From sequence record SRR20825019_1399: a stretch of DNA of 46,519 bases. One strand, given 5' to 3'. The notes below the pieces were generated by a model that worked only from the letters and a program-made list of their open reading frames with translations, did no database searches and was not told the origin of the DNA. Shown in pieces: positions 9,605 through 19,692 of the stretch. The position numbers and the translations under genes are program-made. Each line of letters begins with the position of its first letter. Within the stretch, counting starts at the first letter, position 1.

Positions 9605-10234
9605 ATGGGTCTTCGAACAGCCAGAGAGGAAATCTTCTTCCTCTCAAGATGGCTTCGTGCCCCACTCAAGACTGGGTCGGTTCGTCCCAGCGGACGGGAC
9701 CTCACACGACTGATCGCCAGCAGGGTTGCCGGCCTGGCGCCGGATGAATGGATCGTCGAGCTTGGCGGCGGGACCGGGGCGGTAACCCGCGCCCTGATAG
9801 AGAACGGTATCGCTCCAGACCGCATGGTCGTTCTGGAACGGGATCGGGCTCTGTCCGACTGGCTCCGGCGCGCTTTTCCGGAAGTCACAGTCGTGACCGG
9901 AGATGCCGAGCATCTTCGGCGCCATCTTGCGGCCAACAACGCCGGCCCGGTGCGGCGGATCGTATCCAGCCTGCCCCTTCTGTCCCTGCCCCGCAGCCAG
10001 CGCAACATCATCCTGGCCGAAGCCTTCGCGGTGCTGGGAGAGAACGGCTCCCTCGTTCAATACAGCTACGGCCCGGCCTGCCCGGTGTCGCGGACGATTC
10101 GAAACGGCCTCGGGATCAATGCGAAACATGTCGGGACTGCCTGGCGCAATCTGCCGCCTGCCCGGGTCTGGGAATTCATAAAGCGGGATTCGGAACGAGC
10201 ATCCGGCACAAGCCGCCGCCAAAGCGCCGCCTGA
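9605..10234 (+). CDS. pmtA: Phospholipid N-methyltransferase (Sinorhizobium PmtA-type class I SAM methyltransferase)
   Basis: FLSRWLRAPLKTGSVRPS, SAM motif VELGGGTG, IVSSLPLLSLP, VQYSYG, WRNLPPARVW. Confidence 0.8.
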   Translation: MGLRTAREEIFFLSRWLRAPLKTGSVRPSGRDLTRLIASRVAGLAPDEWIVELGGGTGAVTRALIENGIAPDRMVVLERDRALSDWLRRAFPEVTVVTGDAEHLRRHLAANNAGPVRRIVSSLPLLSLPRSQRNIILAEAFAVLGENGSLVQYSYGPACPVSRTIRNGLGINAKHVGTAWRNLPPARVWEFIKRDSERASGTSRRQSAA

Positions 10235-10356
10235 CGACCCGCAATCCTGTCACAGCAACGAGCAGCCCGCACCACGACTGGTTCCCAAACATCGGGCGCA
10301 AGCAGCGCCTGCGTGAGGGACACGCGGGACCGCCATGAACAAGCTGTGAGAAGAGG

Positions 10357-10692
10357 TCAGGCTTCGTGGTGACGGACGATATAGCGGCCGTCGTCGAACT
10401 CCGTGAATTGCTCTGAAATGGACGGATGGTTCACCGGACCATTGTCGCTGTCATTCACCAAATTCTGCTCCGACACATACGCGACATAGTAGGTTTCCGG
10501 ATTTTCGGCGAACAGATGGTAAAACGGCTGATCGCGCCTCGGGCGACGATCTTCCGGAATGGCAAGATACCAATCTTCGGTGTTGGCAAATTCGGGGTCG
10601 ACATCAAATACGACACCCCGAAAATCGAACATCTTGTGCCGAACAACCGCGCCGATACCAAATTTGGCTTCGACAATTTTTACCACGGGCAA
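10357..10692 (-). CDS. hspQ: Heat shock protein HspQ (YccV-like)
   Basis: AKFGIGAVVRH, FRGVVFDVDPEF, QPFYHL, AYVSEQNL. Start is TTG 10692 or GTG 10686. Confidence 0.93.
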   Translation of the reverse strand: MPVVKIVEAKFGIGAVVRHKMFDFRGVVFDVDPEFANTEDWYLAIPEDRRPRRDQPFYHLFAENPETYYVAYVSEQNLVNDSDNGPVNHPSISEQFTEFDDGRYIVRHHEA

Positions 10693-10899
10693 CCCATTCC
10701 ATTGTTTTCATTCACTCTTACGGAACTTGTCTGGAATGTCGAGCAGCGTCAACCGTTGCCGCATACCAAACGCAGAGCCAGCAAGGCCGACATTTCCACC
10801 AAGAGGTGAATATCTCTCTTGTTCTTGTGCCTTTTTACCTACAATCTTTAGGTAATCGAACGGTTCAGTTCGAAATTAAGAATCATTGGGGAGACAAAG

Positions 10900-12192
10900 A
10901 TGTCCGTCGCGGCGTTACGCGATCATCTGTTCGGCTACCTGAATGACCGTATCTTTTATGGATGGGTCATTCTCTCCGTCGCTGGCCTCGGCATTTTCGT
11001 CAGCGGCCCGGGACAATCCCACACTTTCAGCGTTTTCGTTGATCCGATCAGTCAGGATCTCGGCATCTCCAGTACCGAGATCGCCTCGGCTTACGGGACA
11101 GCGACTCTGCTCGCCGCATTCTGTCTGCCCTTCACGGGGCGCCTTGTTGACCGTTTCGGCTCCCGCATCATGGCCAGCGTCATCGTCATCCTGCTCGGCT
11201 TTGCCTGCCTGTTTTTCGGAGCCGCCGCCAATATGCTCTGGCTCGGGATCGGCTTTGCCCTGTTACGGTTTTTCGGCCAGGGCTCATTGATGCTGAGTTG
11301 CGCCAACATGACTTCGCAATGGTTCAGCAAGAAGCGCGGTTATGCCATGGGTTTGATGGCGCTTGGTTTTGCCGCCTCGATGGCGATCCATCCCCGGCTC
11401 GGGCAATATCTGATCGACACCGTTGGCTGGCGCCAGGCATGGACCGTGCTCGGCATCAGCACCTGGGCGCTGATGCTTCCGGTCATCTGGCTGCTGGTAC
11501 ATGACAAGCCGGAACAGAAGGGCCTTCACCCTGACGGCATAGCCCCCGCGAAACGACCAGACGATGCACCAGCCAGCCCCGAAGCCATACCGGGTCTGAC
11601 CCTGGGCGAAGCGCTCCGCACACCAACCTTTCACATGCTCTGGGTCTCGATGGTATCCATTGCCATGCTGGTCACCAGTCTGCATTTCTATCAGGTTAAG
11701 ATTTTCAGTGCGCAAGGGCTGGAAGAACAGGTCGCCGCCTGGATGTTCCCGATCTCGGCCTGTACCATGGTGGCCATGATGCCACTGGTCGGCCGCACGC
11801 TCGACAGGATCAAGTCACGCTACGCATTCTCCATTGCCCTGCTGATCCAGGCTGCGGCCCTGCTTATGGTGACGCAGGTGACCAATGTTCCGACTGCGAT
11901 TGCCTATGCCGCCCTGTTCGGCCTCCTGAATGCCTGCAGCATGACGCTGTTCGGCTATGTCTGGCCACGCTTCTTCGGCCGGGCGCATCTCGGAAGCATT
12001 CAGGGTGTCGGGCAGATGATCGGTGTCGTTGGCGCTTCCATCGGACCATTACCGATAGGCTACGCCTTCGATCATTTCGGCTCCCCTACCCTGATGATCC
12101 AGGGGCTCGCCCTTTATCCCGCAGCCTGCGCCGTACTCGCGCTCTTCATCCGCACACCGGCTGGCGTTCCGGTCGAGCCGCATCTGGAATAA
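10900..12192 (+). CDS. MFS transporter
   Basis: About 12 hydrophobic segments; motif A GRLVDRFGSR; FYGWVIL and GPGQSHTFSVF. GGGAG RBS. Confidence 0.9.
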   Translation: MSVAALRDHLFGYLNDRIFYGWVILSVAGLGIFVSGPGQSHTFSVFVDPISQDLGISSTEIASAYGTATLLAAFCLPFTGRLVDRFGSRIMASVIVILLGFACLFFGAAANMLWLGIGFALLRFFGQGSLMLSCANMTSQWFSKKRGYAMGLMALGFAASMAIHPRLGQYLIDTVGWRQAWTVLGISTWALMLPVIWLLVHDKPEQKGLHPDGIAPAKRPDDAPASPEAIPGLTLGEALRTPTFHMLWVSMVSIAMLVTSLHFYQVKIFSAQGLEEQVAAWMFPISACTMVAMMPLVGRTLDRIKSRYAFSIALLIQAAALLMVTQVTNVPTAIAYAALFGLLNACSMTLFGYVWPRFFGRAHLGSIQGVGQMIGVVGASIGPLPIGYAFDHFGSPTLMIQGLALYPAACAVLALFIRTPAGVPVEPHLE

Positions 12193-12218
12193 GCGAAACG
12201 GGACTGGCCGGATCAGGC

Positions 12219-13793
12219 TCAGCCAAGAGACTGTATCCGGCTCGCGGGCAAGGTCACGGTGACACTGGTTCCAACACCCAGCTGGCTGCTGATCTTCAGG
12301 TCCCCGCCATGGGACTGGGCAATCGCCTGGGTAAGATAAAGTCCCAGTCCGGCCCCCTCGATCGAGCGGCTATAGGTTTCGTCCGTTGCCTGCTCAAACG
12401 GATTCAAGACACGGTCAAGATCGCTCTCGCGAATCCCCATACCGTTATCCTTTACCTCCAGCTCCGCACCGACATCCGGATCGATGGTGAGGCGCAGGGT
12501 GATCGTGCCATCCACATCCGTAAACTTCACGGCGTTGGTCAGCAAATTCATCAAGATCTGACGGATCTGCCGCTCGTCACCGGTAAAGCCGACCGGCCTG
12601 TCTGGCAGATCCGCCGTGAAATTCTGCGATTTTTCGGCAAGCTTGGGGCGGATCATGGCGATCGTGGCGGAGACAGACCGGCCAAGGTCGAACAGGTCTT
12701 CCTTCAGCCCCATCTCTCCCAGCTCTATCCGGGAAACATCGAGAATATCGTTGATCAGTTCAAGCAGATGCGCACCCGCCGAGTGAATATGCTGGACGAA
12801 CTCGGTATACCGCTCACTACCGATCGGCCCGAACATCTCCTTTTGCAGAAGATCGGAGAACCCAATGATGCTGTTCAACGGCGTCCGCAGTTCATGGCTC
12901 ATATTGGCAAGAAATTGCGTCTTCGCCAGGCTTGCCAGATCCGCACGATGCAACGCCTCTTCAAGCTGCCGCGTCTTTTCCGCGACCTTGGTCTGCAGAT
13001 CGTGCGCCTGACGTCGCCGAATGGAAATATCCCGGAACCAGATAATCCGCGCGGCGCAGCCCTCGAATTCCAGCGGGCTGCCGGATAAAAGCACCCAGTG
13101 CGTCACCTCGTCCGCCGCCATGTACTGAACTTCGTGATTAACCATGTGCGCGCTGAATTCCGGATCTGTCAGCACGGCTTCAAGGTTATCGGTATTTTCT
13201 CCGACCGGCTGGGGGCCGATTTCCGCCAGAGTCTCGATGAACTCCTCACCTAGCCAATCCACAAGAGCAGGATTAGCGACCAGACGGCGGTTATCTTCGC
13301 AACTCAGCACCAGTGCGCCCATTGGACAATCCTCGATTGTCTTGCGCAGCACTTCACCTTCCCCTTTGGCCGGTTCGAGAGTGGCGCTCTCCGACATCTC
13401 CGCGACAACCGTAACCAACCCACCCTGACTCAGCGGACGCGTGTCGACACGAACAACCCGGCCAGACCGCAGAACGGCCTGTACGCGCCCCTTCTCCAGA
13501 TGATTCGTCAACGGCCCTGTAAACAGCTCAGGACTGAAACCATTAAGAAATTTCGCATCCCCATAAGAGGATTGCAGGGAGTGAATATCCTGCACTCCCA
13601 TCCCGAGCGACAACGCATTATCCGGCAGATCAAGGAGGGTAAAGAGAGCACGATTATATGCACTCAACAGACCACTGGAGTTCCATATGACAATGCCGTC
13701 TCGCGAAGCGTCAGGCACCACGTCAAAGGCATCACTTATCACCTCTTCGGCGGCAACGGAGAGATTGCTGATCCAAGTCTGCGTCATTGTCAC
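12219..13793 (-). CDS. Cytoplasmic PAS-domain histidine kinase with PleC/DivJ-like H-box
   Basis: KTQFLANMSHELRTPLNSIIGFS, N-box QILMNLLTNAVKFT, G1 DNGMGI, G2 GAGLGL. Degenerate PAS-like N-terminus with no TM segment. Confidence 0.92.
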   Translation of the reverse strand: MTMTQTWISNLSVAAEEVISDAFDVVPDASRDGIVIWNSSGLLSAYNRALFTLLDLPDNALSLGMGVQDIHSLQSSYGDAKFLNGFSPELFTGPLTNHLEKGRVQAVLRSGRVVRVDTRPLSQGGLVTVVAEMSESATLEPAKGEGEVLRKTIEDCPMGALVLSCEDNRRLVANPALVDWLGEEFIETLAEIGPQPVGENTDNLEAVLTDPEFSAHMVNHEVQYMAADEVTHWVLLSGSPLEFEGCAARIIWFRDISIRRRQAHDLQTKVAEKTRQLEEALHRADLASLAKTQFLANMSHELRTPLNSIIGFSDLLQKEMFGPIGSERYTEFVQHIHSAGAHLLELINDILDVSRIELGEMGLKEDLFDLGRSVSATIAMIRPKLAEKSQNFTADLPDRPVGFTGDERQIRQILMNLLTNAVKFTDVDGTITLRLTIDPDVGAELEVKDNGMGIRESDLDRVLNPFEQATDETYSRSIEGAGLGLYLTQAIAQSHGGDLKISSQLGVGTSVTVTLPASRIQSLG

Positions 13794-13961
13794 TCGTTAT
13801 TGAGAAAAACTAATTACATACGTCGAAGCTCAATTTCTGCATTTTCACTAAAACAATTATGGAAAATATTCCAGTAAAGATGAATTTACTATTCAGTCAA
13901 TTTTATTGGCTTTTTTTTACTTAGGCTTTTGAGCCCCCGAACGATCAGCATTTGAGAAACC

Positions 13962-14726
13962 CTAGATTATTCCCAATTTCTGCAAAGCCTCGGCCAAATC
14001 ATCCCCAAAATCCTTACCCTTACGAACAACGGGAACCGATTCCGGAAGCGCCTGTAACAATTGGTTGTCTTTGGTAAAGGATGTCAGCAAGGCACAGGGT
14101 ATATCTTTCGTTACCTTCATCGCTTTCAAGGCACAAATCAGATCCACACCGTCCATGCCAGGCATATTCGCCGAAACAAAAACGCAATCAGGGCGAGTCT
14201 GATAGATATATCCGATACTCTGGATCGACGATTGCATGCCCGTGACCCGATAGCCGCAAGCCTCAAGCTCTTTCGTCACAAGACGTGCTTGAGCGCCGGG
14301 CTCCATGATCAAACCAACTTCAACTTCAGTGGCCGTGACATCCGAAACATCGAACCGGGACCGCATGGGAAGGGACCGAACAATAGTATCGATCGGACCA
14401 TCGCTGGAAATGCGCCCATCGATCACATCGCCAAGTCGATCAATGTAAATCCGGACATCGGCAATATTGAGCGGCGCTCCGGTATCCGATGCGGCAATAT
14501 AGTCTTCACAACGATGCGCAAGGATTGTCAGGTTTGTAAGCCCGAACGTACCACCGGATCCTTTAAGCGAATGTACAATCCGCGTGAGGTCGAGCATTTC
14601 GGATGCTTCGAGTTCGCCCCGTTCGGCTGCCGCATCAAGCGTTTTGTCGAGCTGCCCTATACTGTCGTTTGCATAGTCCAGAAACTCCTGATGCAACCGC
14701 GCCAGATGCTTTTCAAAATCTTCCAT
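13962..14726 (-). CDS. Hpt domain fused to an atypical (pseudo-)receiver domain
   Basis: Hpt motif RIVHSLKGSGGTFG. C-terminal REC fold PDCVFVSANMPGMDG...IPCALLT, with Ser where the phospho-accepting Asp normally lies. Confidence 0.85.
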   Translation of the reverse strand: MEDFEKHLARLHQEFLDYANDSIGQLDKTLDAAAERGELEASEMLDLTRIVHSLKGSGGTFGLTNLTILAHRCEDYIAASDTGAPLNIADVRIYIDRLGDVIDGRISSDGPIDTIVRSLPMRSRFDVSDVTATEVEVGLIMEPGAQARLVTKELEACGYRVTGMQSSIQSIGYIYQTRPDCVFVSANMPGMDGVDLICALKAMKVTKDIPCALLTSFTKDNQLLQALPESVPVVRKGKDFGDDLAEALQKLGII

Positions 14727-14953
14727 CAGCTATCGAGCCTTCCTCTTGCCCTCAAACCGCCCCCTGTCATCCACCCAAATTCATATGGCATGCTTTACCA
14801 CTCGTTGGCGAGACGCCATTGCGCTAAAGTTCGTCAAATTACCCTCGAAATGAATGAGCTTTGCCGTTAAACACGGAAGATATGTCGCGCATGGCTGTTC
14901 CGTTCTCCCGCTGAATGCGTGGGTTTTGATACGTGATTTGGAAAGCAGTACGC

Positions 14954-15331
14954 ATGATAAAAATCCTGCATGTGGATGATGAAGCGGATATCCGGGCGAT
15001 CACCAAACTGGCCCTGGAATCGATCGGCGGCTTCAATGTCACATCCTGCGCCTCGGGCACGGAAGCCATTGCCGCCGTGGCAGATGTCGCGCCGGAGCTG
15101 ATTGTCATGGATGTCATGATGCCGGAGATGGATGGTCCGACTACATTTCGCGCGCTCCAGGACATTCCGGACGCGAACCAGATCCCCGTCATCTTCATGA
15201 CGGCGAAAACCCAGAAAGACGAGATCGAGAGCCTTATGGCGCTTGGCGCCATCGGCGTTATCGCCAAACCGTTCGACCCCGTCCAGCTGAGCAAGGAAGT
15301 AGAGCGCATCTGGAGCGCCCGAACCTCCTGA
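14954..15331 (+). CDS. Single-domain response regulator (CheY-like)
   Basis: ILHVDDE, LIVMDVMMPEMDG, PVIFMTA, IAKPFDP. All catalytic residues are intact and there is no output domain. Confidence 0.93.
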   Translation: MIKILHVDDEADIRAITKLALESIGGFNVTSCASGTEAIAAVADVAPELIVMDVMMPEMDGPTTFRALQDIPDANQIPVIFMTAKTQKDEIESLMALGAIGVIAKPFDPVQLSKEVERIWSARTS

Positions 15332-15351
15332 TAAGTGCCCGGTATGCATCA

Positions 15352-15729
15352 TCAGAACGGCATAGTGCCGATTTCCGGATCCGCGAACATACGGCTGCTT
15401 TCCTCAAGCAAAGAAGTCACCGTCGCCGTGAACTCCGCTTGCCGGGCATCATCCATACCGTCCGCCCCCTCGTCTAATAACGCCGCGCAGAAAACTTCCA
15501 GATTTTTCGCCGCACGAGAAACAGTGGCATAGCCATAGGTACCGGAAGACCCCGCGATCGTGTGGGCTTCACGCTTGATCAGTTCCAGAGTTTCACCCGT
15601 ATCGCTCTCTCCGGATGGAGAGAATACTTCCGGCCAATTACGCTCGATAACAGCGATACGGCCCTGGGTGATTTCGAGAAACTCACCACGCAATGATAAA
15701 AAGGCTTCTCGCAGATTACCGTCTGTCAT
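15352..15729 (-). CDS. Stand-alone Hpt phosphotransfer protein
   Basis: All-helical 125 aa protein with REAHTIAGSSGTYGY, matching the Hpt H..aGs.g..G consensus. Confidence 0.82.
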   Translation of the reverse strand: MTDGNLREAFLSLRGEFLEITQGRIAVIERNWPEVFSPSGESDTGETLELIKREAHTIAGSSGTYGYATVSRAAKNLEVFCAALLDEGADGMDDARQAEFTATVTSLLEESSRMFADPEIGTMPF

Positions 15730-16067
15730 TGCCGGAACGCCATTTCCATCTCTGCCGCCTCATATCCGTCACTGCACGGACTTGCCATGTCCGCACTATA
15801 CTGTCAGGCAGACTGAATTCTCATTCAAATAGGACGACTGCTGTTTAAATCAGGTTAAGGCCACGATAAAAAAAATCAGAGACCGTACTCATATTCAACA
15901 ACGCCCAATGAAACATTAAAAACGAAGTATTAACACTCCTATGTCACGGTCCATTGCTGGATGCGTTCTGTGGCCCTCAGGTTTCAATTGGGATTTAGGA
16001 TCAAATCAGCGATAAAAGCGGCTGCCGTCGCATGCGCCCGTTGTGAGGCATTAATGAGGACTTGTTG

Positions 16068-18341
16068 ATGCCGGATTCAGAAATTACCAGTGTGAGCTCC
16101 TGCTCCAACGAAGCCCAAAAGCTGAAAGTTCTCCAGGACCTTGCAAAGGTGCTTTACTGGGAATGGGATCGAGAACTGAAAAAATTCAGTTTTCACGACA
16201 CAACTCCGCCAACGATCTGGAAGCCTCAAGTCCTGCCGGACGGCGATATTGATGTTTCACTGGTCACCTTTTCCGATCGCGCATCGCTCCGCCTAAAATT
16301 CGAAGCGATTTTCAAAAACGCACCTCCCGGGCCATTTACCTTCGAGGCCAAAGCCAACGAAAATGCGTCCGTGGCGACTTACGCGCTACACACTGAAACG
16401 GAAACTGGCGACAACCCGGCAATTATCCGCGGCATTATCAGAGACCTTTCTGACAATACGCTTCTCGTTGAACGTGCCCGGTCGGCAGAAGACAAACTGC
16501 TCGAAGCAATAGAGGCCTTAAAAGACGGTTTCGTCATTTTCGATGCCGATGACCGCCTTGTCCTTTGCAATCAAAAATACCGGGAACTTTATCCCAAATC
16601 GGCTCACGCCATGCGGCCCGGGGCGACATTTACCGAGATTATTCGCGCCGGGCTTGAGGCCGGTGAATATGCCGAGGCTATCGGACGTGAAGAGGAATGG
16701 TTCAAAGCGCGACTGACAGCACATCACTCGTCAGGTCAGGAGATTGAGCAGAAGTTGGATGACGGCCGCTGGCTGCGGATTACCGAACGCAAGACCGTTG
16801 ACGGCATGCGCATAGGCCTGAGAGTCGATATTACCGGGCTAAAGCAAAATGAAACCAAGCTTAAAAACGCTCTGACGCGGTTACAGCAAAGCGAGCTTGA
16901 AGCCCGCCGGCTATCCGTTGTCGCGGACCGGACCAAATCCATGGTCACGATTCTCGACAAGGACGGTCGGGTCGAATGGGTCAATCCGGCTTTCACGGAA
17001 ATCACCGGATACAGAATTGAAGAGATTGCCGGAAAAGATCCCCGCTCCGTCATGCGTGGAGCAGACACCGACAAATCGATCACCCAAGCCATCGACGAAG
17101 ATATTGCCCAGGGCAAGTCAGTCAGCGGCAAGATGTTGCACTACAAGAAAAACGGCACGCCAATCTGGGTTGAATTTGAACGCCAGACCGTCCGGGCCCC
17201 GGATGGCGGCATCATTCAGCACATGATCGTCGCACATGACGTGACCGAGCATGTCACGGCTGCTGAAGTGCTTGCGGAACGGGCCGAATCCATTCGGGCG
17301 ATCCTCGACACGGTGGTTGACGCGATCATCACCATCGACAGCAATGGCATCATCCTCACCTTCAACCCGGCAGCCGAGCGCATGTTCGGCAGGCGGCGTA
17401 AAGATGCTCTCGGCAAGAATGTTAATATCCTGATGGCCGGGCAACACCACACGGATCATCCACGCTACATTGCGAGCTACCTGACGGGCCGTGCCAAGAA
17501 TGTGATCGGAAAGAACAGGGAGTTCACCGCGGTAAAATCGGACGGCACCATTTTCCCGATCGAACTCGCAGTCGGAGAAATGTTCGTCGGTAAAAACCTC
17601 CATTTTGTCGGCATTATTCGCGACATTTCAGAGCGCAAGCAGCTTGAACGCATCAAGCGGGAATTCATTTCCACGGTCAGTCACGAATTAAAGACCCCCC
17701 TGACCTCGATCACCGGAGCGCTCGGCCTGATGCGCAACGGGATCGCCGGCGCGCTCACCGAGCAGATGCAGGAGATCCTCGACATCGCCTACCGCAACAG
17801 CGAGCGTCTCGGCGTGCTGGTGACCGATATTCTGGATATTGAGAAAATTGATGCCGGCCAGGTTTCATACGATATGCAGCAGGTCGACATTAACCTGCTG
17901 ATCTCCGACTGCGTTGCCAGCATGCAGCAATACTCGAACGACCTTGGCGTCACCCTCAAAGTCTGTGGCAAAGCTGAAGATCCGGCGTTTATCGGTGACC
18001 CCACCCGGCTCACTCAGGTCATGACGAATCTGATCTCAAACGGGGTCAAATTTTCCAAATCCGGTCAACAGGTCAAAATCAGCGCCGAAAGCACGGAAGA
18101 CACCATAACGTTCTCTGTCATGGATCAGGGAGAAGGTATTCCGGAGGAGCTTCAGGAAAAAATATTCACCCGTTTCTTCCGGGCGAACAGCGCCGATGAC
18201 AGACATAGTGGGGGCACCGGTCTGGGTTTGAGCATCTGCCAGCCGATTGTTGAAGCCCATGGCGGTACAATCACCGTGGAAAGCAGCCCCGGCGAAGGTT
18301 CAACCTTTACTGTACGCATTCCACAGCATGCCGATAGCTGA
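16068..18341 (+). CDS. Cytoplasmic multi-PAS histidine kinase containing a FixL-type heme-PAS domain
   Basis: Three PAS domains ([46 protein letters not shown]). H-box [49 protein letters not shown] before ATG 16068 (the ORF track starts at TTG 16062). Confidence 0.92.
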   Translation: MPDSEITSVSSCSNEAQKLKVLQDLAKVLYWEWDRELKKFSFHDTTPPTIWKPQVLPDGDIDVSLVTFSDRASLRLKFEAIFKNAPPGPFTFEAKANENASVATYALHTETETGDNPAIIRGIIRDLSDNTLLVERARSAEDKLLEAIEALKDGFVIFDADDRLVLCNQKYRELYPKSAHAMRPGATFTEIIRAGLEAGEYAEAIGREEEWFKARLTAHHSSGQEIEQKLDDGRWLRITERKTVDGMRIGLRVDITGLKQNETKLKNALTRLQQSELEARRLSVVADRTKSMVTILDKDGRVEWVNPAFTEITGYRIEEIAGKDPRSVMRGADTDKSITQAIDEDIAQGKSVSGKMLHYKKNGTPIWVEFERQTVRAPDGGIIQHMIVAHDVTEHVTAAEVLAERAESIRAILDTVVDAIITIDSNGIILTFNPAAERMFGRRRKDALGKNVNILMAGQHHTDHPRYIASYLTGRAKNVIGKNREFTAVKSDGTIFPIELAVGEMFVGKNLHFVGIIRDISERKQLERIKREFISTVSHELKTPLTSITGALGLMRNGIAGALTEQMQEILDIAYRNSERLGVLVTDILDIEKIDAGQVSYDMQQVDINLLISDCVASMQQYSNDLGVTLKVCGKAEDPAFIGDPTRLTQVMTNLISNGVKFSKSGQQVKISAESTEDTITFSVMDQGEGIPEELQEKIFTRFFRANSADDRHSGGTGLGLSICQPIVEAHGGTITVESSPGEGSTFTVRIPQHADS

Positions 18342-18386
18342 AGATGCAGGATCCGGAGCCTTCACAAACACCGGAAAAACCCGGCC

Positions 18387-19553
18387 TCAGTGCAAATGCT
18401 CCCTCGCTTCTGCCGTGCTTGATGTCAGAGCGGTCAGGCGCTTCAGCAGATAATCGACATCTTCTTCGGTAAGACCAAAGTCATCCGTTTCAAACGCCGT
18501 CAACAAACGTTCCAGAACCTTGAGACTGAACCGCTCCCGGTCGCTCTCAAGGCCGTCATAATCGGTATCGCGCATCACATCGATTGCCTTGCGCAGTACG
18601 GGGAAAGACCGCTTTGGCAGTCCTGATCGTTCAAACAGCGCCTTCAGTCCGCGGTTGCCTTCATCATCGAACAGTTTTTGCGCATTGAACAACGGCACCG
18701 AAGCCAGCTCAGCAAGCGCGGCCTGGGCAAAGGCCAGGTCACCAAGACAGGCCGCCCGGACAACAATCGATTCCGTCAAACGGTCATTTCGGTGCAACTC
18801 AGAGACGAGGTCTTCAACCTTCTGCGCACCGGCGCCGTTCGAGACAAGGCTCAGCGTCGCATTTTCACGCGCTTCCAGAAGCAGATCGGTTGCCATGTTT
18901 GCCGGCAGATCGTGGTTCTTCACGAGATGCTCTCGCAGGCGATCGGAGACGATCGAAACCAGGCGTTCCGAGATCCCGACGGGCAGCACCGAACGGTTCA
19001 CCAGCCCATCCTGGATATTTTCGTCATCGCCAAACCGGTCGATTGCCTTCTTGAAGCCGTTCTCGGAAATCGCCGCGCCTTCATTTCGCACCAGCGTTTC
19101 AACGACTGTCTGATTTCCCTTCTCGATCAAGGTCTCGGCCACGGCCTCCGAAACGCTCTCGCGCCGGGCGATCGCCGATTGCTTCATCTCATCCGCCGCG
19201 GATGCAATTTCGATCAAGTCTTCCTCGCGCAGCACCTCGGAAAATTCGAGGACTGGCATCGACACTGATTCAACGTCTTTCGCCAGAAGCAGCGCAACAT
19301 CGTGCGGCAGGTCTTTCGCCGACTTCGCCTCACGGGCCAGAGCCTCACGAACCCTGCGCTCCGCATCGCGCGCCATGACCCGGAGAATCTCCTGGGCCAT
19401 AGGCAATTCCGTCGCGGAAAAACTGGATGCGGAAAGCTGACCCGCGACCTTGGCTACCGTCGCGGCGCGATTATCAGCGGAAGGGTCTTTCAGCAGAGAT
19501 TGTACATCCGCCGCCGAGAGTGCCCCACTGCCATTGCCATCAGAGCTTACCAT
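18387..19553 (-). CDS. DUF2336-type HEAT-like repeat protein
   Basis: LPHDVALLLAKDVESVSMPVLEFSEVL.EEDLIEI, AIARRESVSEAV, LVRNEGA. GAGGA RBS before ATG 19553. Confidence 0.85.
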   Translation of the reverse strand: MVSSDGNGSGALSAADVQSLLKDPSADNRAATVAKVAGQLSASSFSATELPMAQEILRVMARDAERRVREALAREAKSAKDLPHDVALLLAKDVESVSMPVLEFSEVLREEDLIEIASAADEMKQSAIARRESVSEAVAETLIEKGNQTVVETLVRNEGAAISENGFKKAIDRFGDDENIQDGLVNRSVLPVGISERLVSIVSDRLREHLVKNHDLPANMATDLLLEARENATLSLVSNGAGAQKVEDLVSELHRNDRLTESIVVRAACLGDLAFAQAALAELASVPLFNAQKLFDDEGNRGLKALFERSGLPKRSFPVLRKAIDVMRDTDYDGLESDRERFSLKVLERLLTAFETDDFGLTEEDVDYLLKRLTALTSSTAEAREHLH

Positions 19554-19692
19554 GCGCTTCCTCACATCTCGCTGGATTCAAGCGAATGAGTGTTCCGCAG
19601 CAAGGGTTAACGTTTCCTTATCAAGAGGAAACCTGCTGCATCACTCTTTTCTTACTGTAGCAGATTTCGAGGCCCGTCGCGCAAGTTAAGAA

